A stretch of 64,000 bases of DNA from Setoptus koraiensis (lineage: Eukaryota; Animalia; Arthropoda): NCBI GenBank assembly GCA_048013815.1, contig CM106586.1, positions 21,514,001 to 21,578,000 on the forward strand. The letters run 5' to 3'. A program made the translations under genes and the position numbers. The notes under the pieces are model-generated. The model saw only the letters and a program-made list of their open reading frames with translations, searched no databases and was not told the origin of the DNA. Positions 38,037-48,231 of this stretch are shown here, in pieces. The first letter of the stretch is position 1, and each line of letters begins with the position of its first letter.

Positions 38037-39897
38037 CGAATTTACTACTGTTAATACTACCATCTATAATGGCACCAGATGATGTCCTTTTCTTTTTAGC
38101 TTTCTCTTTTCTGAATTGCTTACCGCTAACGTTTTGCCCCCAACTATCTCTGGCGGGGTTTACAGCGTAAGTTACCTCTGGATCGCGCTGAACACGAGTG
38201 AAAGGAACGTTGGGGGTTGGGAACGAAGGTGTGGAAGAATGCTTATAATTGGGACAAGTCACAATACAAGGAGGCCTGTAATTAGGACAATCCTTACTAC
38301 ATGAGAAGACCGGGGCTACACCGTTGATAGTGACCTTCTTAGTGGGAGAGACAACGCCCAGCTGTTGCGCTGCCCCGGGTATCAACGGCTTTTTGACCGT
38401 TTTATCGTCGCTAGAGTCCGATGAGGAGGCGGCTTTCGCAGGTGCCCCCTTCTTCACGCTAACCGGTTTTTCCGGTGAGTCCTGTTTTTTTGTAGTTTTG
38501 ATCGGTCCATCGTCGCTAGAGTCCGATGAGGAGGCGGCTTTCTGAGGGACCTCCTTCTTAGCGGGAACTAGTTTTTTAGGTGAATTCTGGTTTTTCGGTG
38601 TTTTAACGGGTTCATCGTCGTCTGAATCTGATGAAGAAGACGAAGAAGCGACTCTTGGAGTAGCAGCTTTTAGAGTAGCAGCTTTCGGAGCTGTAACTTT
38701 TGGAGTTGCAGCTTTTTTGGAAGAGTCAATCTTCGCTACCACCGGAGTTTTCAACGGTTTTATGACCGGTTCATCGTCGCTTGAGTCCGATGACGAGGCG
38801 GTTTTCGGGGGAGCCTCCTTCTTTGCGCCAACCGGTTTTTTAGGTAATTCCGTTTTTTTCGCGCTTTTAGCCGGTTCATCATCGTCTGATTCCGATGAAG
38901 AAGATGAAGAAGCAGCTTTCGGAGTAGCAGCTTTTGGAGTAGCAGCTTTAGGAGCTGCAGTTTTTTTAGAAGAGTCAATCTTCGCTACCACCGGAGCTTT
39001 CAACGGTTTCGTGACCGGTTCATCATCGTCTGATCCCGATGAAGAAGATGAAGAAGCAGCTTTCGGAGTAGCAGCTTTTGGAGCTGTAGTTTTTTTAGAA
39101 GAGTCCATCTTCGCTACCACCGGAGCTTTCAACGGTTTTGTGACCGGTTCATCGTCGTCTGAGTCCGATGAGGCGGCGGCTTTCGGGGGAGCCTCCTTCT
39201 TTACGCCAACCGGTTTTTTAGGTAATTCCGCTTTTTTCGCGCTTTTAACCTGTTTATCATTGTCTGATTCCGATGAAGAAGATGAAGAAGCAGCTTTCGG
39301 AGTAGCAGCTTTTTTAGAAGAGTCAATCTTAGCTACCACCGGAGTTTTCAACGGTTCCGCGACCGGTTCATCGTCGCTCGAGTCCGATGACGAGGCGGCT
39401 TTAGGGGTGGCCTCCTTTTTTGCGGTAACTAGTTTCTTAGGTGAATCCTGCTTTTTCGCCTTTTTAACAGGTTCATCGTCGCTCGATTCCGATGATGAGG
39501 CAGCTTTCGGAGCCTTCTTCTTTGTGCCAACAGGTTTTTTAGGTAATTCCGGTATTTTCGCATCGTCTGAGTCTGATGAAGAAGAAGAAGAAGCGGCTTT
39601 GGGAGTAGTAGCTTTTTTAGAAGAGTCAGTCTTCGGTACCACCGCAGTTTTCAACGGTTTTTTGACCGGTTCATCGTCGCTTGATTCCGATGAAGAAGAC
39701 GAAGAAGCGACTTTCGGGGTGGCCTCTTTTTTAGCGGCTAATGGTTTCTTAGATTCTAGTTTTTTCGGTGTTTCAACCGCTTGTTCGATGAGCTCCGAAG
39801 AAGGTGCCCCTTTCTTTAACTTTTTGGGTGGCTCCAACTCTACGGGAGCTGGAGGTGTCTTTCTTTGGTTAGCCTTCTGTTTTCTTGTTGAACTCAT
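38032..39897 (-). CDS. NOLC1: Nopp140/NOLC1-like nucleolar phosphoprotein, intronless
   Basis: 621 aa of alternating Lys/Pro/Ala-basic and SSSSDSDDDE acidic repeats. SRP40_C-like end (GKQFRKEKAKKKRTS...INSSKFE). Confidence 0.8.
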   Translation of the reverse strand: MSSTRKQKANQRKTPPAPVELEPPKKLKKGAPSSELIEQAVETPKKLESKKPLAAKKEATPKVASSSSSSESSDDEPVKKPLKTAVVPKTDSSKKATTPKAASSSSSSDSDDAKIPELPKKPVGTKKKAPKAASSSESSDDEPVKKAKKQDSPKKLVTAKKEATPKAASSSDSSDDEPVAEPLKTPVVAKIDSSKKAATPKAASSSSSSESDNDKQVKSAKKAELPKKPVGVKKEAPPKAAASSDSDDDEPVTKPLKAPVVAKMDSSKKTTAPKAATPKAASSSSSSGSDDDEPVTKPLKAPVVAKIDSSKKTAAPKAATPKAATPKAASSSSSSESDDDEPAKSAKKTELPKKPVGAKKEAPPKTASSSDSSDDEPVIKPLKTPVVAKIDSSKKAATPKVTAPKAATLKAATPRVASSSSSSDSDDDEPVKTPKNQNSPKKLVPAKKEVPQKAASSSDSSDDGPIKTTKKQDSPEKPVSVKKGAPAKAASSSDSSDDKTVKKPLIPGAAQQLGVVSPTKKVTINGVAPVFSCSKDCPNYRPPCIVTCPNYKHSSTPSFPTPNVPFTRVQRDPEVTYAVNPARDSWGQNVSGKQFRKEKAKKKRTSSGAIIDGSINSSKFE

Positions 39898-40211
39898 CTT
39901 GAATAATAGTGTATTTTACTGGAGATCTAAATTTAATTTAAGTTAATTCACAATACGTCGTTATGAAGCGCTACCAAAATTAGTTTAAATTCGCCGGAGC
40001 TTCGGGCCATGAGGCGCACACGTTGTTCCAAAAACACTAGAACGCATGTGCGCGACGCTTGGCGCACAATTTTAAATCCTCAAGTCCGACTGAAAATCAT
40101 CTGTGCTGCATGATCTTCAGCATCATTCGTAATTTATACGTTCATTCGAATTGCATTATCTATCAGTTCTTTTCCTAATCTACTTAGTATAATTGACCTG
40201 TATTAACAAGA
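39898..40211. promoter_or_regulatory. probable bidirectional promoter between NOLC1-like and MED19
   Basis: Head-to-head ATGs only 314 bp apart, with a CG-containing patch in AT-rich DNA. Positional inference only. Confidence 0.55.
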
Positions 40212-40835
40212 ATGAGTTATAATCAACCTTTTTCTAGAACAGATTCGTCTGGTACCTTGAAGACTACCATAAGCTTGGGGAAGACACCAGCGATTGTACA
40301 TTCAGGTCCATTTTATCTCATGAAAGAACCGCCAGAGACCAGCGAACTAACCGGTGCTAAGAATCTGATAAATCATCACCATTTAGAGAGGCCATATAAG
40401 AAGTTACCTGACAGAAGAAAAGATGGATTAAGTGCATTTCTCCCAAACTTGCCTGGAGATATAGACGTTCCAGGATCCAAAGAGAACGGTAGTTCGCTTG
40501 TGTCACTACTGGAAACTAGAATTATTACTCACAAAGAAATATTGCCCTTAACAGCAACCCAGTTGATAGGATTCAGGCTTCATCCCGGCCCCCTACCTGC
40601 TCAATACCGAGTATTCAGTCAATCAGTACACAAAAAACACAAGAAACACAAGAAGAAACAGCGCAACTTTACCCATGATACCCACACAGTCGATTATGGA
40701 GCGTCCGAATCCACGGAATCACAGGTAGCAGAGAGGAAAAAGAAGGAAAAGAAAAAAGAGAAAAAGAAAGATAAAAAGGATAAGAAGGATAAAAAAAGAA
40801 AGAACCATGGACAAATGAGCGGCAATGATGACTGA
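40212..40835 (+). CDS. MED19: Mediator subunit 19
   Basis: PFYLMKE...LTGAKNLI...LSAFLPNLPG...GFRLHPGPLP core followed by a Lys-rich tail. Confidence 0.92.
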   Translation: MSYNQPFSRTDSSGTLKTTISLGKTPAIVHSGPFYLMKEPPETSELTGAKNLINHHHLERPYKKLPDRRKDGLSAFLPNLPGDIDVPGSKENGSSLVSLLETRIITHKEILPLTATQLIGFRLHPGPLPAQYRVFSQSVHKKHKKHKKKQRNFTHDTHTVDYGASESTESQVAERKKKEKKKEKKKDKKDKKDKKRKNHGQMSGNDD

Positions 40836-41206
40836 ATTAAAAATATTGAAACATGAACTGAAGCGGGATATTCAGGATTGTGCTTCTGCAAGTGTAATGT
40901 CAACGATTGATTATCGATATGTGAAATCGATAAATTGCAGCCTCGATATGCAGACAAGCCATCACACTTTCATAGCAAACCACCGGTGAAGATGGCAATC
41001 ATCTGTACTGACTATCTTATCGATCAATTATTTATGCCTCCACTTGACTAGGATTTAAATCAATTTCGAAATTTACATTTTCATACAATCTTCAGCTGCC
41101 AGCTACTGTTTGTCTAGTTGTTTTTTATTTTCATATTTCTTTGCATAAATAAATCTCAAGAATAAAATCTAATATATATTATATTTACCTCAATTGCATT
41201 TAATTA

Positions 41207-42860
41207 ATGATAATGACCTCATTGATATTACGTAGGCTCGCACTTAATCACACAAGTGGTATTCTATCATTCACTCGTCCATCAAAACAGGTGTACCTGT
41301 TGGCAATGAAAAGGCTGTCGTTGATAAGTTCATATGAAATAAACCAAGACCATGAGACAAACATTAGGACCTATCTGTTCAAGAGAAGCCCTATCATTCG
41401 ACATGCACGATGGAATCATTCAGGTAAAGGCTTGATTTGAACTTTGAGATAAGCACTACAAGAAACTCTCTGACTGATTTCTGATCACTTGATAAATTCA
41501 GACTCCGATGAAGTTTTATTTGATTTGGCTGACATTGGTGAAGGGATAACCGAGGTGGTGGTTAAAGAATGGTAAAGTTTATTAACACGTTCCGCTAATT
41601 TCGGCGGTTCCATTGTTGTGATCCAATAGCTGATGCTAACGATATCTATTAAAACTGTACTTCAGGTTCGTCAAAGAAGGGGATATTGTCAGGGAATTCG
41701 ATGCCATTTGTGAAGTTCAAAGTGACAAGGCTTCTGTGACAATCACAAGTAGATATAATGGAACAATCAAGAAACTCCTTTACGATATTGATTCCGTGGC
41801 GAAAGTTGGCAAGCCCCTCGTGGCAATATATAGGGAAAAACAGGACAATTCAGCAGTGGACATTCCTACGACTGTAGATTCGCCACAAGTTGATGCATGC
41901 AATATCGGAGATACTGAAACTCATGTCAACGAACACCAATTGAAGTCCACAACGACTAATAGTCACATAGTGCCTACTCTACCATCGGTACGAAGAATGG
42001 CAAAAGAGCATGGTATAGATTTAAGTAATGTATCACCATCCGGAAAGGACGGGAGAATCTTGAAAGAGGATCTTGTCCGTTACTTGGATAATCTCAAGGA
42101 TGGAACAGTAGATGCAATTAACATTAGTACCTCTCAAGATGAAACTACAAACAGTAACACTCGACAAATTAAATTTAATGCTATCACCAAGGCAATGTTC
42201 AACAAGATGACAGAGTCACTGAAGATTCCTCATTTTTATTATTCAGATGAGATAGACATGACCAATCTAATTATTATTTTGAAAACTTTGAGCGCAGACT
42301 CAATGTTCCCTGTGAAGATAAATTCTCTAGCGTTTATGGTTAAATCGTGTTCCATGGCCCTGGCTGCCTATCCAATATTGAATGGAACAATTGGTCAAGA
42401 TAAACAACATATACAAGTGAAAGAGTATCACAATATAGGGATAGCGATGGACACAAAAGATGGTTTAATTGTGCCTAATATAAAGAATGTCGAGAGATTA
42501 AGCGTTCTAGAGGTGGCTTCTGAATTAGAGCGCCTAAAGAACCTTAGTAACTCTGGTAGTCTATCAGTGTCGGACCTAACGAACGGCACTTTTTCACTGT
42601 CCAACATTGGCTCAATCGGTGGGGTGTTCGGTGTTCCCGTTATAGTTGAACCGGAGCTTGCGATAGGCGCTATCGGAAAAATTAGAAAGTTGCCGCGCTA
42701 CGTATCGAAACTTGGCGATCAATTTGAGGCTCGCGAAATAGTACAAATAGTTTGGGGCGCCGATCACAGGGTGATCGATGGAGCAACTGTGGCCAGATTT
42801 TCCAACCTCTGGAAGTATTACTTGGAGAATCCATCTATGCTTGCAGTCAGACTTCACTAA
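41207..42860 (+). CDS. DBT: branched-chain alpha-keto acid dehydrogenase E2 (dihydrolipoamide branched-chain transacylase)
   Basis: Exons 41207-41423, 41502-41571, 41666-42860 (1482 nt). Lipoyl domain LADIGEGITEV...EVQSDKAS; E3-binding PSVRRMAKEHGIDL; catalytic ADHRVIDGA. Confidence 0.95.
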
Positions 42861-43462
42861 CAGACGAAATTCTTTCAACTAAATTAAACTATCGATATTC
42901 TTGGATTAGGCGACGGCGAATCATTCATATTCAATAACTTGGATAGCCGTGATGATCCAATACGATACATTCAGACAGATTGTAGAATCAAGAGTTGACA
43001 TTAACATGATTTCTATTAAATAATAATTGAAAAAAACAATCTAGTCAGTAGTAGGCCTTTTATTGTTAGCATGATCAACAACCAACAATGCATTGTCGAT
43101 GAATGAATGTTCCGGTAACAATTCCAGTAACATTCAGCTGCGGTGAAAACACTTGTGTCAGTCGGTGCTGGGGCTCGTGATATAATAATAATAATTGTTA
43201 ATCTGTTTAAATCACGCTCGTTCTTACGGACGGAGGCAGGTTAACTGCGCCAATTTAAGCAATATGTTAGGAGCGCCACAATCGTAGCATAGCGGCGACG
43301 CATTTTGCACACATGCGTTCTAGTGTTTTTGGAACAACTTATGCGCCTCATGGCCCGAAGCTCTGGCGAATTTAATCTAATTTTGGTAGCGCTTCATAAA
43401 GACGTATTGTGAATTAACCTAAATTAAATTTAGATCTCCAGTAAAATACACTATTATTCAAG

Positions 43463-44449
43463 ATGAGTTCAACAAGAAAACAGAAGGCTAACCAAAGGAA
43501 GACACCTCCAGCTCCCGTAGAGTTGGAGCCACCCAAAAAGTTAAAGAAAGGGGCACCTTCTTCGGAGCTCAACGAACAAGCGGTTGAAACACCGAAAAAA
43601 CTAGAAAATAGGAAACCATTTGCCGCTAAAAAAGAGGCCAACCCAAGAGTCGCTTCTTCGTCTTCTTCATCGGACTCAGACGACGGTGAACTGGTCAAAA
43701 AACAGTTGAAAACTGCGGTGGTACCGAAGACTGACTCTTCTAAAAAAGCTACTTATCCCAAAGCCGCTTCTTCGTCTTCTTCATCAGACTCAGACGACGA
43801 CGAACCGGCCAAAAGCACAAAAAAACAGGATTCACCTAAGAAACTAGTTACCGCAAAAAAGGAGGCCACCCCTAAAGCCGCCTCGTCATCGGACTCGAGC
43901 GACGATGAACCGGTCGCGGAACCGTTGAAAACTCCGGTGGTAGCTAAGATTGACTCTTCTAAAAAAGCTGCAGCTCCAAAAGCTACTTATCCCAAAGCTG
44001 CTTCTTCATCTTCTTCATCGGAATCAGACGACGATGAACCTGTTAAAAAAGCGAAAACGCAAGATTCACCTAAGAAACTAGTTACAGCAAGAAAGGAGGC
44101 CCCTCCGAAAGCCACCTCGTCATCGGACTCAAGCGACGATGAACTCGTCAGAAAACCGTCGAAAGCTCCGGTGGTAGCAAAAAAAACTGCAGCTCCAAAA
44201 GCTGCTCCTCCGCTAGCTGCTTCTTCATCTTCTTCATCGGAATCGAGCGACGATGAACCTGTTAGGAGACCGTACATTCGATGTTCAAATCCTTCATCTT
44301 CTTCATCGGAATCGAGCGACGATGAACCTGTTAGAAGACCGTACATTCGATGTTCAAATCCTTCATCTTCTTCATCGGACTCGGACGACGATGAACCTTT
44401 TAGAAGGGCGTTGCCCGATCTGATTCTATCAAATCAAAAAAAAATGTGA
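43463..44449 (+). CDS. inverted partial duplicate of the Nopp140-like gene (328 aa, novel C-terminus, lacks SRP40_C)
   Basis: Begins identically to 39897 (MSSTRKQKANQRKTPPAPVELEPP). Homology includes 153 bp upstream (43310-43462 vs 40050-39898). The ORF is open throughout. Confidence 0.75.
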   Translation: MSSTRKQKANQRKTPPAPVELEPPKKLKKGAPSSELNEQAVETPKKLENRKPFAAKKEANPRVASSSSSSDSDDGELVKKQLKTAVVPKTDSSKKATYPKAASSSSSSDSDDDEPAKSTKKQDSPKKLVTAKKEATPKAASSSDSSDDEPVAEPLKTPVVAKIDSSKKAAAPKATYPKAASSSSSSESDDDEPVKKAKTQDSPKKLVTARKEAPPKATSSSDSSDDELVRKPSKAPVVAKKTAAPKAAPPLAASSSSSSESSDDEPVRRPYIRCSNPSSSSSESSDDEPVRRPYIRCSNPSSSSSDSDDDEPFRRALPDLILSNQKKM

Positions 44450-44497
44450 TATGATATTGATAATTTTTAATCTGTTTAAATCTCGCTCGTTCTTAAT

Positions 44498-46116
44498 CTA
44501 TGGCGACGCATTTTGCATCGCTACTGGCGGATCTTCATTTGAGCTGGCTACAACAACTTCCTCTTCTAGACACTGTTCGCAGTCTCTCATATCATCCTTG
44601 TATTCCTCGACTTGAATAGTGACTTCAGAGAAATGGTAATGCGATTTAAGCATTTCAATGGCAGCTTTCAGCACCTGAGAGGGCGTCTGGCGATCATCTT
44701 TTGATGAGAGATCACAAATTAAAAGAGAATCAACAGAGCAAAGGATTATGTCAATATTAATTGTGGCAATAAATTGAGACCGTAGTTGTGCAATCACTGA
44801 CAATAAAGTTAATACTCACCAATAACTAAGTGAGCGGATATAGCGACTTTGTCCATGCTCAATGACCTAAACATTCGTTTTTCAGCATTAGAGTTCGATA
44901 AAACAAAGTTAGAAGTTCGCCGACGTGAAGGAACGCAAACGATATCTGTTGGTAACGCAATGTTAGACAATAATTGATTAACTGGAACCTACCATATTCT
45001 AAGATTATGGACCCTGATAACGCTCTGTAGATCTTGCAGCGATTCGCGCACCTCGATGAAATTAACTCCATTGGGCATGCCCTCCATTAAAACGTTAATT
45101 GCGTCCTTTATGATATTGAGTGTAGTGACGAGCACTATGATTGAAAATAGAAACGTGCAAATTGGATCAACTATGGCGTAATCAGGTGCGAAGAGTATTA
45201 CAAGTGCAGCTATTAGAACACCAACGCTCTGTAAAAAGTCACCAACAACATGTATAAATGCGGCTCTGACATTGATGTTACTCTTGCCTCGACCTGTCTG
45301 GCTATCAGGGCGACAATGTGGACGCGATTGGTTCTCAATATCCTGTTGCTTACTACTATTCGCAGATGTCTTCTCTCTGCTGTGGTTGTGATTCTGAGAA
45401 TGAGAGTGACCTCCATGGCTATGAAAGTGTCCCCCGTGTGAGTGACCATGACCGTCCACATTCAAGGCTACTGCCATGATAATATTGACTAGGAGGCCAG
45501 CTGATGCAGTTATTACCATAACGGTGCCGTCGATCTCAAATTGTTGTGTCCTTAATCTCTCAACGGCCATGTAAACTAACAAGCCTGTCACAAGCCATAT
45601 CATCAAAACGGACATCAGTGCTCCAATGACCTCAGCCCTATACCAACCAAAGCTCATGTTTCTTGTTGCAGGCCGCGAAGATAACCATATAGCGAACAGG
45701 CTTATCATAAAGCTGGCGAAATCCGTGAGAAGATGTGCCGCATCTGTGGCAATGGCTAGACTGTTGGACAGAATACCGCCAACGATCTCCCCGATCATGA
45801 ATACAAGACATATGACACTTGCGGCGATTAATCTACGGCGAGCACTTTTATCGACGTCTCTATTCTCATGACGACATGTGGACTCTTGCTGGACATGACA
45901 ATGTGAATATATAATTTTTTTCTTGACAGGTGATCGTTGTCCGCCGACGGTCACATTCCCGTTGCCATTATTTTGTGCGTCATTTATCGAAACTTGGCGA
46001 TCAATTTGAGGCTCGCGAAATAGTACAAATAGTTTGGGGCGCCGATCACAGGGTGATCGATGGAGCAACTGTGGCCAGATTTTCCAACCTCTGGAAGTAT
46101 CACTTGGAGAATCCAT
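44498..46116 (-). CDS. chimeric ZnT2-type (SLC30) zinc transporter duplicate with an antisense-DBT-derived N-terminus (456 aa); expression unproven
   Basis: Exons 46116-44993, 44866-44820, 44697-44498; splice sites and stop intact. Retains DAAHLLTD, the His-rich loop and HVVGD. Confidence 0.6.
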
Positions 46117-46142
46117 CTTTGCTTGCAGTCAGACTTCACTAG
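45985..46142 (+). pseudogene. 3' fragment of DBT (last ~51 codons) carried by the duplication
   Basis: Matches 42703-42860 except Y>H, M>L and TAA>TAG. No 5' part is present. Confidence 0.9.
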
Positions 46143-46501
46143 CAGACGAAATTCTTTCAACTAAATTAAACTATCGATATTCTTGGATTAGGCGACGGCG
46201 AATCATTCATATTCAATTACTTGGGTAGCCGTGAGAAGCCAATTCGATACATTCAGACAGATTGTAGAATCAAGAGTTGACATTAACATTAAATAATAAT
46301 TGAAAAAAACAATCTAGTCAGTAGTAGGCCTTTTATTGTTAGCATGATCAACAACCAACAATGCATTGTCGATGAATGAATGTTCCGGTAACAATTCCAG
46401 TAACATTCAGCTGCGGTGAAAACACTTGTGTCGGTCGGTGCTGGTGTTTGTGATATAATAATAATAATTGTTAATCTGTCTAGATCACGCTCGTTCTTAA
46501 T

Positions 46502-48231
46502 CTATGGCGATGCATTTTGCATCGCTACTGGCGGATCTTCATTTGAGCTGGCTACAACAACTTCCTCTTCTAGACACTGTTCGCAGTCTCTCATATCATC
46601 CTTGTATTCCTCGACTTGAATAGTGACTTCAAAGAAATGGTAATGCGATTTAAGCATTTCAATGGCAGCTTTCAGCACCTGAGAGGGCGTCTGGCGATCA
46701 TCTTTTGATGAGAGATCACAAATTAAAAGAGAATCAACAGAGCAAAGGATTATGTCAATATTAATTGTGGCAATAAATTGAGACCATAGTTGTGCAATCA
46801 CTGACAATAAAGTTGATACTCACCAATGACTAAGTGAGCGGATATAGCGACTTTGTCCATGCTCAGCGACCTAAACATTAGTTTTTCAGCATTAGAGTTC
46901 GATAAAACAAAGTTAGAAATTCGCCGACGTGAAAGAACGCAAACGATATCTGTTGGTAACGCAATGTTAGACAATAATTGATTAACTGGAACCTACCATA
47001 TTCTAAGATTATGGACCCTGATAACGCTCTGTAGATCTTGCAGCGATTCGCGCACCTCGATGAAATTAACTCCATTGGGCATGCCCTCCATTAAAACGTT
47101 AATTGCGTCCTTTATGATATTGAGTGTAGTGACGAGCACTATGATTGAAAATAGAAACGTGCAAATTGGATCAACTATGGCGTAATCAGGTGCGAAGAGT
47201 ATTACAAGTGCAGCTATTAGAACACCGACGCTCTGTAAAAAGTCACCAACAACATGTATAAATGCGGCTCTGACATTGATGTTACTCTTGCCTCGACCTG
47301 TCTGGCTATCAGGGCGACAATGTGGACGCGATTGGTTCTCAATATCCTGTTGCTTACTACTATTTGCAGATGTCTTCTCTCTACTGTGGTTGTGATTCTG
47401 AGAATGAGAGTGACCTCCATGGCTATGAAAGTGTCCCCCGTGTGAGTGACCATGACCGTCCACATTCAAGGCTACTGCCATGATAATATTGACTAGGAGG
47501 CCAGCTGATGCAGTTATTACCATAACGGTGCCGTCGATCTCAAATTGTTGTGTCCTTAATCTTTCAACGGCCATGTAAACTAACAAGCCTGTCACAAGCC
47601 ATATCATCAAAACGGACATCAGTGCTCCAATGACCTCAGCCCTATACCAACCAAAACTCATGTTTCTTGTTGCAGGCCGCGAAGATAACCATATAGCGAA
47701 CAGGCTTATCATAAAGCTGGCGAAATCCGTGAGAAGATGTGCCGCATCTGTGGCAATGGCTAGACTGTTGGACAGAATACCGCCAACGATCTCCCCGATC
47801 ATGAATACAAGACATATAACACTTGCGGCAATCAATCTACGGCGGGCACTTTTATCTACGTCTCTATTCTCATGACCACATGTGGACTCTTGCTGGACAT
47901 GACAATGCGAATATATAATTTTTTTCTTGACAGGAGGAGATCGTTGTCCGCTGACGGTCACATTTCCGTTGCCATTATTTTGTGCTAATGACTGTTGATT
48001 CATTTGATTTAGATCAATTGCGCGCCCTAAACTATCTACCGAAAGTTGATTTTGTGACTGCCTGTCGCTTTGATTCAAAATGTTGTCACTATTTATACCA
48101 CTATGTAAAAAAGATTCTGTTACTGTTGAGTAATTGTTGATCTCTACACCAGAGCCTGTTTTTGGCGAATGACCAAAAGCAGTCCTATCGTCGCCACTCA
48201 ATAAAGGTAAACTAGGATCTTCGTCACTCAT
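46502..48231 (-). CDS. cation diffusion facilitator zinc transporter, ZnT2/SLC30A2-8 type (full-length copy, 493 aa)
   Basis: Exons 48231-46997, 46870-46824, 46701-46502. TM2 DAAHLLTD, TM5 HVVGD, HGHSHGGH loop, C-terminal HNLRIWSL...AHLV...VTIQVE. Confidence 0.95.

Larger units (their letters stand above)
42703..47985. repeat. tandem segmental duplication: copy A 42703-45978 (with ~1.3-kb insertion) and copy B 45985-47985
   Basis: DBT 3' end, intergenic region and most of ZnT are repeated with only scattered substitutions. The junction at 45979-45984 is a 6-nt filler, GTCATT. Confidence 0.95.

Noticed and set aside
38717-39946. 409-aa antisense ORF inside the Nopp140-like gene (likewise 43987-44346)
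   Set aside because: Explained by the repetitive codon content of the sense gene; TTG start and no independent features.
40912-40919. TATCGATA (DRE-like) sites here and near 42890/46174
   Set aside because: They lie in 3' regions rather than promoters; chance occurrence is likely.
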